Assembly: GCA_020638655.1 (NCBI GenBank)
Contig: JACKIC010000007.1
Coordinates: 351,849 to 415,848, forward strand
Direction of reading: 5' to 3'
Length of the DNA stretch: 64,000 bases
From: Planctomycetota bacterium
Lineage (GTDB): Bacteria; Planctomycetota; UBA1135; UBA2386
The position numbers were made by a program, and so were the translations under genes. This document shows positions 28,728 to 37,169 of the stretch, piece by piece. The first letter of the stretch is position 1, and every line of letters starts with the position of its first letter. The notes below the pieces were generated by a model, which was given only the letters and a program-made list of their open reading frames with translations, did not search any database and was not told the origin of the DNA.

Positions 28728-30014
28728 TCAAGCGCGGCGCGGAACTGTGGCACAAACCTTGTGGTAGACGGCCACCAGGTCGGCGGTCATCGCCGCGAAG
28801 CCGCGCGCGCACCCGCGCGCCGCGCCGGCGAGGCGCCGGACCTCGCCCCGGTCCGCGGCCAGCCTGGCCAGGGCGCCGGCCCAGGCGTCCACGTCGCCCG
28901 GCGGCAGGACCAGCCCGGCCACCCCGTCTTCGACCGCGTCCTGCAGGCCGCCGACGCGGCTGACCAGCACCGGCCGACCGGCGGCGAGCGCCTCGCGCAC
29001 CGTGAGACCGAAGGCCTCGTGCCAAAGCGCCGGGGCCGCCAGCACGTCGATGCCGGCCAGGATGCGCGGCAACTCGGCCAGTCCGTAGGGGCCGTGGTAG
29101 CGGACCTCGTCGCCGGGCCGCAGTGCGGCGAAGCAGCGGGTCAGGTAGCCGTCGTCGCCGTGGTAGGGCACCGCGTTGCCGAAGGCCTCGATCGTGATCG
29201 CGCCCGGCGGCAGCTGGCGCCGCGCCGCCAACAGCACGTGCAGGCCCTTGCTCGGCATCAGCGTACCGAGGTAGCCGACGCGCAGCGGCCCGGGGCCGGC
29301 GGCGGGGGGCGGCAGGTGCTGCAGCGCCTCGGTGTCGACGCCGTTCTCGACGACCGTGAACCGCGCTTCGGGCACGCCCAGGGCCGCGAACGGCGGGATC
29401 GCGCGCCGGCTCGGCACGACCAGCGCCTGCGGCAGCGACAACGCCTGCAGCGCGCGCGCCTGCAACGCGGTGACCACCGCCTCGCGGTCGTCGTCGCGCA
29501 ACCAGAACGGGAACGTCGCCTGCAGGCACGAGGCGCAGCGCTCGGGCGCGGCGGTCTCGCAGCGTTCTCCGCGGTGGTGGAACATCTGGCCGCGCGGGCA
29601 GAACAGCCAGTAGTCGTGCAGGGTCAGCACGGTCGGCACGCCGGCGTCGCGCAGCACCGCCAGCGAATCGGTCGACATGCCGGTCAGGTGGTGCACGTGG
29701 GCGACGTCGAAGGTCTCGCCGGCGGCTGCGCGTTCGTCCAGGAACGACGCCAGCGCGGTCGCCATCGGCGCGCACGTGTACATCGCCTCGAGCGAATCGA
29801 CCCCCTGCCAGCGGTAGGCGACCCGGGTGACGCGGGGGTTGCCCGGCGCGCCGAGCCGGTGTTCGCCCTGGGCCAGCTCCGGCAGGTTGCCCCGCGCGTA
29901 GACGTGCACCTGGTGCCCGGCCCGGGCCAGTTCGGTGGCGAGGCCGAACACGTGCTGCTCGACGCCGCCGATGCTGTCGGGGGGGTAGCCGTGGCAGAGC
30001 AGCAGGATGCGCAT
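28728..30014 (-). CDS. Glycosyltransferase, GT-B fold (family 4-like)
   Basis: MRILLLCHGYPPDSIGGVEQH start and the C-terminal EAFGLTVREALAAGRPVLVSRVGGLQDAV motif. Start is 12 codons inside ORF 28728..30050. Confidence 0.85.
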   Translation of the reverse strand: MRILLLCHGYPPDSIGGVEQHVFGLATELARAGHQVHVYARGNLPELAQGEHRLGAPGNPRVTRVAYRWQGVDSLEAMYTCAPMATALASFLDERAAAGETFDVAHVHHLTGMSTDSLAVLRDAGVPTVLTLHDYWLFCPRGQMFHHRGERCETAAPERCASCLQATFPFWLRDDDREAVVTALQARALQALSLPQALVVPSRRAIPPFAALGVPEARFTVVENGVDTEALQHLPPPAAGPGPLRVGYLGTLMPSKGLHVLLAARRQLPPGAITIEAFGNAVPYHGDDGYLTRCFAALRPGDEVRYHGPYGLAELPRILAGIDVLAAPALWHEAFGLTVREALAAGRPVLVSRVGGLQDAVEDGVAGLVLPPGDVDAWAGALARLAADRGEVRRLAGAARGCARGFAAMTADLVAVYHKVCATVPRRA

Positions 30015-30101
30015 CAACCGCACAGTGCCGCGCCTGCGGCGGCCCGTCAAACCTGACCGCCCGCGGGTCGCCGGGAGTTGTGCGCGAGGCCGGGTTGGCG
30101 T

Positions 30102-30130
30102 TTGACGGCGACGCGATGCGGCGCTACGGT
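30102..30130 (+). promoter_or_regulatory. Candidate sigma-70-type promoter for rpmH (TTGACG-N17-TACGGT)
   Basis: Read directly, about 65 nt upstream of the rpmH ATG. Confidence 0.3.
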
Positions 30131-30193
30131 CCTCGCCCCCATTCCGGGTGCGGCGCTCGAACGAGCCCGCCGCCCGGCCCCGGAGTCCATCGC

Positions 30194-30328
30194 ATGAAGC
30201 TCAAGGTCCGTCGTTCGAAGATGAAGCGCCTCAAGAAGGTCGGCTTCCGTACCCGCAGCAAGACCGCCGGTGGCCGCAAGGTCATCAAGCGCAAGATCCG
30301 TCGCTCCGGCAAGTTCCGGGTCGGCTAG
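30194..30328 (+). CDS. rpmH: 50S ribosomal protein L34
   Basis: 44 aa: MKLKVRRSKMKRLKKVGFRTRSKTAGGRKVIKRKIRRSGKFRVG. It fits the L34 pattern (K/R-rich, GFR.R..T..GR.V...RR..GR). It is the internal Met of ORF 30080..30328. Confidence 0.85.
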   Translation: MKLKVRRSKMKRLKKVGFRTRSKTAGGRKVIKRKIRRSGKFRVG

Positions 30329-30791
30329 TCGGAGCGCCGGGCGGCGCGCCGGCGCCCCCTGGTCCACGTTCCGTGCTCCGCGCATCGCGCGGAGAAGCTG
30401 CTGCCCAGGGTCGCATGGCCCCGGGCAGGTGCATGTACGGCGCGATGGTCCGGCGCGCCGCTGACGCTGCGGCGTAGCGCTTGGGCCCTTGGCCGCGGCA
30501 GGATTCCTGCTGGCGCCGCCAGAATGGAGCGAAGGAAACCGCGGCTCCTGGGATCCATGACCGTGAGCGTGCGACGGTCTCGCCGCCGGCGCTCGCCCCC
30601 CGAAGAGAGTTCTCCCGAGACCAGGCGCGATCCAAGGTGCGCGAAGGCCTCGTGGCGGGTGGGGGGGCGGCCATCGGGCCCCATTCGGGAACCGGGCTAC
30701 GGGCAGCCGGGCTACAGGAAGATGCTCGGCCTGCGCCCGGGAATGGGCGCCGCGCCGGATTGGCGGCCGACTGTGGGCCAGCCGTATCGGA

Positions 30792-31547
30792 TCAGCCCGG
30801 CAGCTGGTTCTTGAGGAACGCCATGTCGGCGGCGAACTGCTGCAGCGCGCCGCGGTCGGCCTCGCTGATCTTGGTGAACTTGGCGGTGACGCGGATCGCG
30901 TCGTCGCCCGAGGGCTCGGTCGTGTCGACCACGGCGCCCAGCTCGAAGAAGCTGCGCTTGATCATCTTGACCTGGAACTTCAGGTGCACGTCGCCGCCGG
31001 CGAAGAACAGCTGCTTGGCCTGGTCGGCGCTGATGCCGGCCTTCTTGCCGCTCCAGACGAAGTGCACGCGCGCACCGTCGACGTTGAGCATCGTGCCGAG
31101 CAGCGTCTTCTTGCCGCCGATCATCTTGTTGCGGATCTCGTCCTCGAACGTGATCAGCACGCGCTCGCGGTCGACCGGGGCCTCGCCGGTCAGCTCGCGC
31201 TGGTTGAGGTGCTTGATGATCGCCTTGGTGGCGTCCTGCTCGCTGTCGTAGAGCGTGATCAGCTTGTCGATGCCGACCTTGCTGATCACGTCGCGCACGA
31301 ACGGCGACGGCTGCGCGACGACCAGCTCCCCACCCTCGGCGCGGCAGCGCTTGAAGGCCTTGATCACGGCGCCCAGGGCGGTGGAGTTGATGAACTTCAC
31401 CAGCCGCATGTCGAGGATCAGGTGGTTGATGCCACGCTCGACGAGGCCTTCCACTTCTTCCATCAGGGCTGGACAGTAGAAGGTGTCGAACTCGCCCTTG
31501 AGGGTGAGGACGGCGTAGTCATCGTGCTGCGACTTGTCGATCTTCAT
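30792..31547 (-). CDS. STAS-domain (anti-sigma-factor antagonist-like) protein with an extra roughly 130-aa C-terminal beta-rich domain
   Basis: The N-terminal roughly 110 aa match SpoIIAA/RsbV (YAVLTLKGEFD..., LDMRLVKFINSTALGAVI carries the phospho-Ser position). The C-terminal part (GTMLNVDGARVHF...) is PilZ-like at best and lacks RxxxR. Confidence 0.7.
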   Translation of the reverse strand: MKIDKSQHDDYAVLTLKGEFDTFYCPALMEEVEGLVERGINHLILDMRLVKFINSTALGAVIKAFKRCRAEGGELVVAQPSPFVRDVISKVGIDKLITLYDSEQDATKAIIKHLNQRELTGEAPVDRERVLITFEDEIRNKMIGGKKTLLGTMLNVDGARVHFVWSGKKAGISADQAKQLFFAGGDVHLKFQVKMIKRSFFELGAVVDTTEPSGDDAIRVTAKFTKISEADRGALQQFAADMAFLKNQLPG

Positions 31548-31681
31548 GGTTGGCTTGCGGCTCGGGTCTGCGACGGGAGTCTTGGGGCGCAGATTCTGGC
31601 GTTGGGCCGGCCCATCCGCAACGGCGGCCGCCTTTTCCCTAGGTGCGCGAGCTGGCTTCGCCGGCTAGATTGGCCTCGCCG

Positions 31682-33022
31682 ATGAAACGGTTATGGTTCT
31701 GGAAGCGGGCCGAAACGGGCAAGAACGAGCGCGGTCCGGTCGACGCGCGCGAGGGGTCGACCCTGTTGACCGGGGACCCCGACGAGGATTCCCGGTCGCT
31801 CGAGATCCTGCTCGACACGATCGCGGCGGTGACCCTCAACATCGACCTCGACGCGGTGCTGCGCGACATCGTCTCGCGGTCGCTGCTGGTGACGCGGGCC
31901 GAGCGCGCGATCCTGCTGCTCGGCGACACTCCCGACGAACTCAAGGTCCGGGTCGCCCAGGACCGCGAGGGGGAGGCGCTGCAGGGGGATCTGCAGTGGA
32001 GCCGCAGCCTGGTTCGCAAGTGCCTGGAGGAAGAGGTCGCCGTGCGTTCGGTGGTGCAGTCCGACCAGCAGGCGCTCGAACTCGGCCAGTCGGTCTACGA
32101 CCTCAAGCTGCGCGCCGTGATGTGCGCTCCGATGCTCGCCCGGGACCGCGTGATCGGCGTCATCTACGTCGACTCGCGCGCCGTGCGCCGCGAGTTCTCG
32201 GCCCGCGACCTGGCGCTGTTCGGCGCGATCTCGGCGCAGCTCGCCATCGCCGTCGAGAACGCTCGCCTGCACGCCGACTCGCTCGAGAAGGTGCGTCTGC
32301 AGAAGGACGTCGAGATCGCTCGCCGCATCCAGCAGCACCTGCTGCCCAAGCTGCCCGAGGACTGCGACGGTCTCGACATCAGCGTGCGTTACGAAGCGGC
32401 CGAGCAGGCGTCGGGTGACACCTACGACCTGGTGTCGTTGCCGGACGGCCGCCTCGCCATCGTCATCGGCGACGTCACCGGCCACGGCGTCGGCGCGGCG
32501 CTGCTGACCCACGCCGTGCAGGCGGCATTGCGCAGCTACCTCGAGACCATCGACGACCCCAGCGAGATCGTCACGCGGCTCAACCGCCGCCTCGTCGACG
32601 GTGTCGAGACCGGCAACTTCATGTCGCTGCTGCTGGTGATCCTCGACCCGCACAAGCGCACCCTGCAGTACGTCAACGCCGGACACCCGGGGCTCGTGCT
32701 GTGCGGCGAAGGCGGCTGTCGCGTGCTCGACAAGACCGGCATGGTGCTCGGCGTCGTCGGCGACCAGACCTACGAGGTCAGTCCCGTCGTGCAGCTGACG
32801 GCCGGCGACCTGCTGTTCCTGCACACCGACGGCGTCGACGAGACCATGTCGCCGTCGCGCGAGACCTTCGGGCTCGAACGGCTCTGCGCGGTGTTGCAGA
32901 AGCACCGCGCCAGCAGCGCCGAAGCCGTGCTCGCGCACGTCGACGCGGCGATCGCCGAACACGTCGGCGAGTCCGTCGCCCTCGAAGACGACGTCACCAT
33001 GATCGCCGTGAAGGTGCTCTAG
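31682..33022 (+). CDS. GAF-domain PP2C-type (SpoIIE/RsbU family) serine phosphatase
   Basis: GAF region (ILLL..., VIGVIYVDS) then RIQQHLLP...SGDTYDLV...IVIGDVTGHGVGAALL...LHTDGV. An alternative start lies at 31643. Confidence 0.88.
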   Translation: MKRLWFWKRAETGKNERGPVDAREGSTLLTGDPDEDSRSLEILLDTIAAVTLNIDLDAVLRDIVSRSLLVTRAERAILLLGDTPDELKVRVAQDREGEALQGDLQWSRSLVRKCLEEEVAVRSVVQSDQQALELGQSVYDLKLRAVMCAPMLARDRVIGVIYVDSRAVRREFSARDLALFGAISAQLAIAVENARLHADSLEKVRLQKDVEIARRIQQHLLPKLPEDCDGLDISVRYEAAEQASGDTYDLVSLPDGRLAIVIGDVTGHGVGAALLTHAVQAALRSYLETIDDPSEIVTRLNRRLVDGVETGNFMSLLLVILDPHKRTLQYVNAGHPGLVLCGEGGCRVLDKTGMVLGVVGDQTYEVSPVVQLTAGDLLFLHTDGVDETMSPSRETFGLERLCAVLQKHRASSAEAVLAHVDAAIAEHVGESVALEDDVTMIAVKVL

Positions 33023-33522
33023 CGCCGCCTGCCGTCCGCCAACGCGTCGAGGGACCACGAGGCGAGCGCGGCGAACCCGGCGAAGGTCAGGTAACCCGCG
33101 GGATTCGCGGCGGCGAAGATCACGGGCATCGCCGCGCAATAGCCGATTCGGCCGTTCCCGAGCAGGGTCCAGGGCAGCAGGATCACTTCCGCCAGGGCGC
33201 CGGCGATCAGTGGGGCCAGTACGTAGCCCAGCAGCAGCCATCGAAGGCGCCGCGGCGGGTGTGCCTCGACGAGCGCGCCCACGGCCGCGCCGGCCAGCGC
33301 GAACGCCGTCGCGAAGACGAGCAGGAAGGCGAGCAGGCCGGACAGGCCGAGCAGCGGGCGGTCGGGCGCCGAGGGCGATGCTGCGACCTGCAGCGCGGCG
33401 ACGCCGCTCCAGAGCACGAAGGTGAGTCCGCAGGCCAGGGCGTAGCGGGCCATCCGGGCCCGGCCGCCGCGCTCCTTGCGGGTCACGGGCACGGGCTCCG
33501 TTGCTGGTTCTCTCACGGGCAT
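33019..33522 (-). CDS. Small polytopic membrane protein, function unknown
   Basis: The C-terminal 144-167 aa of ORF 33019..34911 form 4 hydrophobic helices. The rest of that ORF is antisense to the next gene. Start is 33453 or 33522. Confidence 0.45.
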   Translation of the reverse strand: MPVREPATEPVPVTRKERGGRARMARYALACGLTFVLWSGVAALQVAASPSAPDRPLLGLSGLLAFLLVFATAFALAGAAVGALVEAHPPRRLRWLLLGYVLAPLIAGALAEVILLPWTLLGNGRIGYCAAMPVIFAAANPAGYLTFAGFAALASWSLDALADGRRR

Positions 33523-33763
33523 GGCTCGCGCGCCGGATCGGTCCGTGCCGGCGATGGCCAGCACGACGGGCCAGCCGAGGATAGCCGCCCGCCGGCGTTG
33601 CGTCGCCTGGTCCGGGTCGTGCCCGTCGCTCGTGCTTGCGACCGGAACGATGCCCTTGTAGACCCTTGCCGCCGATCGTTGGCGCCCTCGCTGCCATCTG
33701 GGTGACGAACAGGGTGAGGCACGCAGCGCACCGCAAGTCTGCTGCGCGCACGAGAACTGGTGG

Positions 33764-33796
33764 CCCGGGTCCTGCGCAGCGACCGCAGGACCCGGG
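33764..33796. promoter_or_regulatory. Perfect 13-bp inverted repeat (cccgggtcctgcg-N7-cgcaggacccggg) between divergent genes
   Basis: Read directly. It lies just upstream of the GTG 33832 start I prefer for the downstream gene. Confidence 0.5.
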
Positions 33797-33831
33797 TGGA
33801 CGAACCCGAGGACTGTCGCCGTCGAATCGCC

Positions 33832-34797
33832 GTGACCACCAACAAGACCATCACGCCCCGCTCGCGCCGTCGCGGGCCCCTCGTGTTCCTGCCGTTGCTG
33901 CTGCTGGCCTTCGTCGGTGGCTACTACGTGTTCGGCTGGTTCTCGGCCCGCAGCTCCGCCGCCGCGGCGCGCGCCGAGCTGCTGCGCGAGGTCGACGACG
34001 AGCTCGCCAAGGAGCCCGTCGACACGAGCGCGTTGTCGCGCCTCGTGGCGCGCATCGACAAGCTCGAGGACCACACCTCGGCCGCCGACCTGCTCGCCGC
34101 CCAGGCGCGGATCGAGCTGGTGCGCGGCCGCCCCGAGCGCGCCTTCGACCTGTTCTCCTCGGTCGGCAACCAGCCCGAGGCCAGCGAGGCCGATCGGCGT
34201 CTGTTGACCGCGATCCTGCTGCGGCGGCACGAGGCGGGCGGCACCGACAAGGCGATGACCGAGGGTTGGCTGCGCGACGCGGCGACGCGGGCCCTGGCCA
34301 TCGCCGAGCGCACGGGCAATACGAACGACTGGTTCGTCGCCTGGCAGGCCTCGGTGCGCCTCGACGACGCGGACGCGGTGAAGCGCTGTCGCGAGCAGCT
34401 GGCCGCGATCGACGCGGAGTCGCGCGAGGCGCGGCTGGCGGCCGCGGCGGCGGCCTTCCGGGCCGACGGCCCCGCCGACGTGCTGTACGCGCTGCGCGGC
34501 GAGTTCACGGTGGTGCCGATCGAGCTGGCGGTGATGGTCGCGATGGCGCAGTTGCAGGCGGGTGAGACCGCCGCCGCCGTGACCGAGATCGAGGCCCTGC
34601 TCAACCGCGCTCCCGGCCTGATCGGGGTGCGCGTCGCGGCCGCGATCGTGTTCCACGTCTGTGTGCTCAACAGCCAGGACGACGCCGGCAAACAACGCTG
34701 GCGTCCGCGTCGCGACGCGCAGCTCGACTGGCTGCTCGAGAACGCGCCGCCCGACGACAAACGCCGCGAGACCTGGAGCCAGATGAAGCAGCAGTGA
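33832..34797 (+). CDS. N-terminally membrane-anchored helical (TPR-like) protein, function unknown
   Basis: VTTNKTITPRSRRRGPLVFLPLLLLAFVGGYYVFGW anchor followed by an alpha-helical Ala/Leu/Arg-rich region. The ORF track start 33760 would translate through the palindrome. Confidence 0.5.
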   Translation: MTTNKTITPRSRRRGPLVFLPLLLLAFVGGYYVFGWFSARSSAAAARAELLREVDDELAKEPVDTSALSRLVARIDKLEDHTSAADLLAAQARIELVRGRPERAFDLFSSVGNQPEASEADRRLLTAILLRRHEAGGTDKAMTEGWLRDAATRALAIAERTGNTNDWFVAWQASVRLDDADAVKRCREQLAAIDAESREARLAAAAAAFRADGPADVLYALRGEFTVVPIELAVMVAMAQLQAGETAAAVTEIEALLNRAPGLIGVRVAAAIVFHVCVLNSQDDAGKQRWRPRRDAQLDWLLENAPPDDKRRETWSQMKQQ

Positions 34798-34804
34798 CGT
34801 CCGC

Positions 34805-35626
34805 TTACCCGCGGTTCGCCAGCAGCGCGGCGAGGGCGGCGAGCAGCGGCGCCACCAGCCAGCGCGGCACCCCGCGGTGGTGCGCGATGTGCGACAGGTG
34901 CCGGCGATCACCGACCCACGGCGGCAGCCGCAGCCACAGCCGCGCGCTGATCACCTGCACGAAGTCGGCGAGCTGCACGCCGGCGGCGAGCAGTTCGATC
35001 GGCGCCACGAGCGCGCGCGCGCCGACGGCCAGGCCCGCGGCCATGCCGAGCAGGTAGGCGCCGGCGTCGCCGAGGAACAGCCGGGGCCGCGGCCAGTTCC
35101 ACGGCAACAGCCCGAGCGCCGCGAAACCGACCGCCGCGAACGGCCCGCCGCCGCCGATGGACAACAGGGTGACCGCCGACAGGCTCGTCGCGACGCCGTC
35201 CATGTTGTCGAGGAAGTTGGTGGCGTTGCAGAGCACGAAGGCCAGCGCGGCCAGCAGCAGCCAGTCGCCGGGCGCCTGCAGCGGGGCGCAGGACTGGCTG
35301 GCGCCGATCAGCGCGGCGACGGCGAGCAGCGCGCCCTTGACGCGCCAGTCGAGCCCCTCGCCGTGTTCCTTGCCGCGGTCGTCGGCGAAGCCCGTCGCGG
35401 TCGCGATGGCCAGGGCCAGCAAGGTCGCGGCGTGTTCCAGCGACGCGAACCACCACAGCACACACGGCAACAGCACGACGCCCGCCAGCGGGATCGGCCG
35501 GTCGTGCTGCTTGCGCGGCAGGCTCGGCGGGTCGTCGGGCAGGAAGCCCCACCGATGGCCGTTGACCCACAGCGCCAGGCCGCAGCCGGCGCCCGCGATC
35601 AGGGCGGCGTAGGCTGGGTGCAGCAT
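34805..35626 (-). CDS. Polyprenyl-phosphate HexNAc-1-phosphate transferase family protein (MraY/WecA-like), short form
   Basis: 273 aa, polytopic. GFADDRGK and CNATNFLDNMDGVA motifs are typical of the family. Start MLHPAYAALIAG shares one base with the nadD stop (TGATG). Confidence 0.75.
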   Translation of the reverse strand: MLHPAYAALIAGAGCGLALWVNGHRWGFLPDDPPSLPRKQHDRPIPLAGVVLLPCVLWWFASLEHAATLLALAIATATGFADDRGKEHGEGLDWRVKGALLAVAALIGASQSCAPLQAPGDWLLLAALAFVLCNATNFLDNMDGVATSLSAVTLLSIGGGGPFAAVGFAALGLLPWNWPRPRLFLGDAGAYLLGMAAGLAVGARALVAPIELLAAGVQLADFVQVISARLWLRLPPWVGDRRHLSHIAHHRGVPRWLVAPLLAALAALLANRG

Positions 35627-36273
35627 CAGGGTCGGTAGAGCCCGTGGTGGTCGATGTAGGTCAGCACGTCGGGGTGGATTTCGGCCAGCGACCGGTCGCC
35701 GGCGCGCAGCCGCCGGCGCAACGCGGTCGAGTTGACGTCGTCGGCGGGCAGTTGGAGCACGTGCTCGAGCAGGTGCTCCTTCTCGTCGTCCGACAGGTCG
35801 AGGCCGTCGAGGTCGGCCGCGGCGACCGGATGGCCGGCGCGGGGGTAGGTGACGATCGTCGCCAGTTCGAGCAGCCGGTGGTGTCGGTACCAGGTCGGCA
35901 GCAGCGGCAGGTTGTCGCTGCCGATCAGGAAGTAGATCGCGCGATCGGGGTGCTCGCGGCGCAGCTCCTCGAGGGTGTCGACCGTGAACGACAGGCCGCC
36001 GCGCCGGATCTCGCGCGCGTCGACCCGGACCCGCGGCTGGTCGGCGAACGCCCGCTCGCACATCGCCAGCCGGTCGGCGGCGGGGGTCACGCCGCGGTCC
36101 TGTTTGTGGGGGTGGTCGCCGGCGGGGATCACCAGCAGACGGTCGATCGGCAGCTGGGCGAGCGCCGCGGCGGCCAGCCGGGCGTGGCTGGAGTGTGGGG
36201 GGTCGAACGTGCCGCCGAGCACGGCCAGACCCGGGGGCGCTCCGGGGGCGGGGTCAACAGCCGCGCGGTCCAT
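35626..36273 (-). CDS. nadD: Nicotinate-nucleotide adenylyltransferase
   Basis: LAVLGGTFDPPHSSHARLA (GxFxPxHxxH) and a C-terminal ISST-like region (VNSTALRRRL). Confidence 0.9.
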   Translation of the reverse strand: MDRAAVDPAPGAPPGLAVLGGTFDPPHSSHARLAAAALAQLPIDRLLVIPAGDHPHKQDRGVTPAADRLAMCERAFADQPRVRVDAREIRRGGLSFTVDTLEELRREHPDRAIYFLIGSDNLPLLPTWYRHHRLLELATIVTYPRAGHPVAAADLDGLDLSDDEKEHLLEHVLQLPADDVNSTALRRRLRAGDRSLAEIHPDVLTYIDHHGLYRP

Positions 36274-36450
36274 CTGCGGCGCGAGCGTAACTGTCGGGAT
36301 CTGCCCACAGGAACGGCGAAGTTGCGTCGATCAGGGGTTGCTTGGCGACTTTCCGGTCGCTAGTTTCCGCCTCCCCGGCGCGATCTCCCCGCGCTCTCTC
36401 CCATTCGCAGACCCCATCTGCAGTCCGAGTCTGCTTACCCAAGACCCCGC

Positions 36451-36813
36451 ATGAACATGCGCAAGCTTGCATTCGTCCTCTGCCTGCTGCCCCTCGGTGC
36501 TTGCTCCCTGACGTGGGAAGGCCAGGGCAACAATCTCACCGCCGAGCAGAAGGCTCGCGGCATCAAGGACGTCGCGGCGCTGAGCAGCGACTACGAGACC
36601 CAGGCCTACTACCGCGGTCTGCGCCGTCGCACCGACGGCATCAACAATGCGTTCGGCCGCGACCTCGGCAAGATCCAGTCGTTCTTCGACCGCCACTTCT
36701 GGAACTACGACGAGAACGATCCGTACGTGAACTACCCGTCGGACACCGGCAAGCTCGATCACGCCGGTCACTTCCTGATCGGCACCACGACGGGCTTCGT
36801 CTCGCCGCGGTGA
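36451..36813 (+). CDS. Small lipoprotein, function unknown
   Basis: MNMRKLAFVLCLLPLGACS lipobox. 120 aa. Visibly lower GC than its neighbours. Confidence 0.65.
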   Translation: MNMRKLAFVLCLLPLGACSLTWEGQGNNLTAEQKARGIKDVAALSSDYETQAYYRGLRRRTDGINNAFGRDLGKIQSFFDRHFWNYDENDPYVNYPSDTGKLDHAGHFLIGTTTGFVSPR

Positions 36814-36847
36814 CCAGACTGGTCGGCGCAGGCCGACCAGGCTGGTC
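36813..36847 (+). terminator. 16-bp-stem hairpin (1 mismatch) starting at the lipoprotein gene stop; it contains two GACCAG-N-CTGGTC palindromes
   Basis: gaccagactggtcggc-gca-ggccgaccaggctggtc read directly. No U-tract. Confidence 0.4.
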
Positions 36848-36950
36848 AGTGTTGTTCGGCAGCTGCGCTGACAACAACGGCGATTCGGCCAACGGAGGAC
36901 GCAGCTGCAGGGGGTGCTTCGCACCCCGGCCCGGGCGAGTTGGCGCGGCC
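36826..36950. repeat. Structured intergenic repeat, copy 1 (about 125 bp)
   Basis: gcgcaggccgaccaggctggtc...ggcagctgcgc..caacaacggcgattcggccaacgga.gacgcagctgc.g.ggggtgcttcgcaccccggcccgggcgagttggcgcggcc. Contains the ggggtgc-ttc-gcacccc hairpin and the gcagctgcg/cgcagctgc inverted pair. Confidence 0.85.
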
Positions 36951-36960
36951 GAGGATCTCG

Positions 36961-37100
36961 GCGCAGACCGACCAGGCTGGTCGTGTCATTGGCAGCAGTG
37001 TTGCTTGGCAGCTGCGCCGGCAACAACGGCGATTCGGCCAACGGATGACGCAGCTGCGGTGGGGTGCTTCGCACCCCGGCCCGGGCGAGTTGGCGCGGCC
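36961..37100. repeat. Structured intergenic repeat, copy 2 (about 140 bp, with a 15-bp insertion)
   Basis: Near-identical to copy 1 over the 3' 90 bp (offset 150 bp). The same hairpins are retained. Confidence 0.85.
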
Positions 37101-37169
37101 GCAGTTCTTGCGGCTTGAGACCCCTGGGCTGCATGGCCGACCGCGCGCAGAAGATGCGTGTGCTCGCGC

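Noticed and set aside
28748-28762. Sigma-54-like element TGGCAC-N5-TTGT
   Set aside because: It lies inside the 3' end of the minus-strand GT4 gene and points into it, with no plus-strand gene downstream. It most likely arises by chance from the codons for HKVCAT.
30600-30650. SRP (4.5S) RNA: ACCAGG...CCAAGG resembles the domain IV motif
   Set aside because: The spacing is 6 nt instead of about 20. The GGAA tetraloop and AGCA symmetric-loop elements are missing. I also saw no tmRNA T-arm/CCA end and no RNase P GAGGAAAGTCC motif.
30329-30791. A hidden or divergent rnpA downstream of rpmH
   Set aside because: None of the three plus-strand frames gives an RnpA-like sequence (no RNR-K-R motif and no basic alpha/beta pattern). 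All frames read as low-complexity.
33019-33022. CTAG where the stops of two convergent genes overlap (TAG on both strands)
   Set aside because: A real but trivial consequence of the palindromic CTAG. No functional implication can be supported.
31691-33751. 686-aa minus-strand ORF, plus similar long antisense ORFs (7701..9167, 16292..18160, 39714..41174, 43959..46163, 47723..49015, 48966..50510, 52991..54913, 54544..56307)
   Set aside because: Each lies opposite a gene with clear family motifs. They have low-complexity R/A/G/P/H composition and no recognisable domain. This is the expected stop-codon paucity of DNA with GC near 70 percent.
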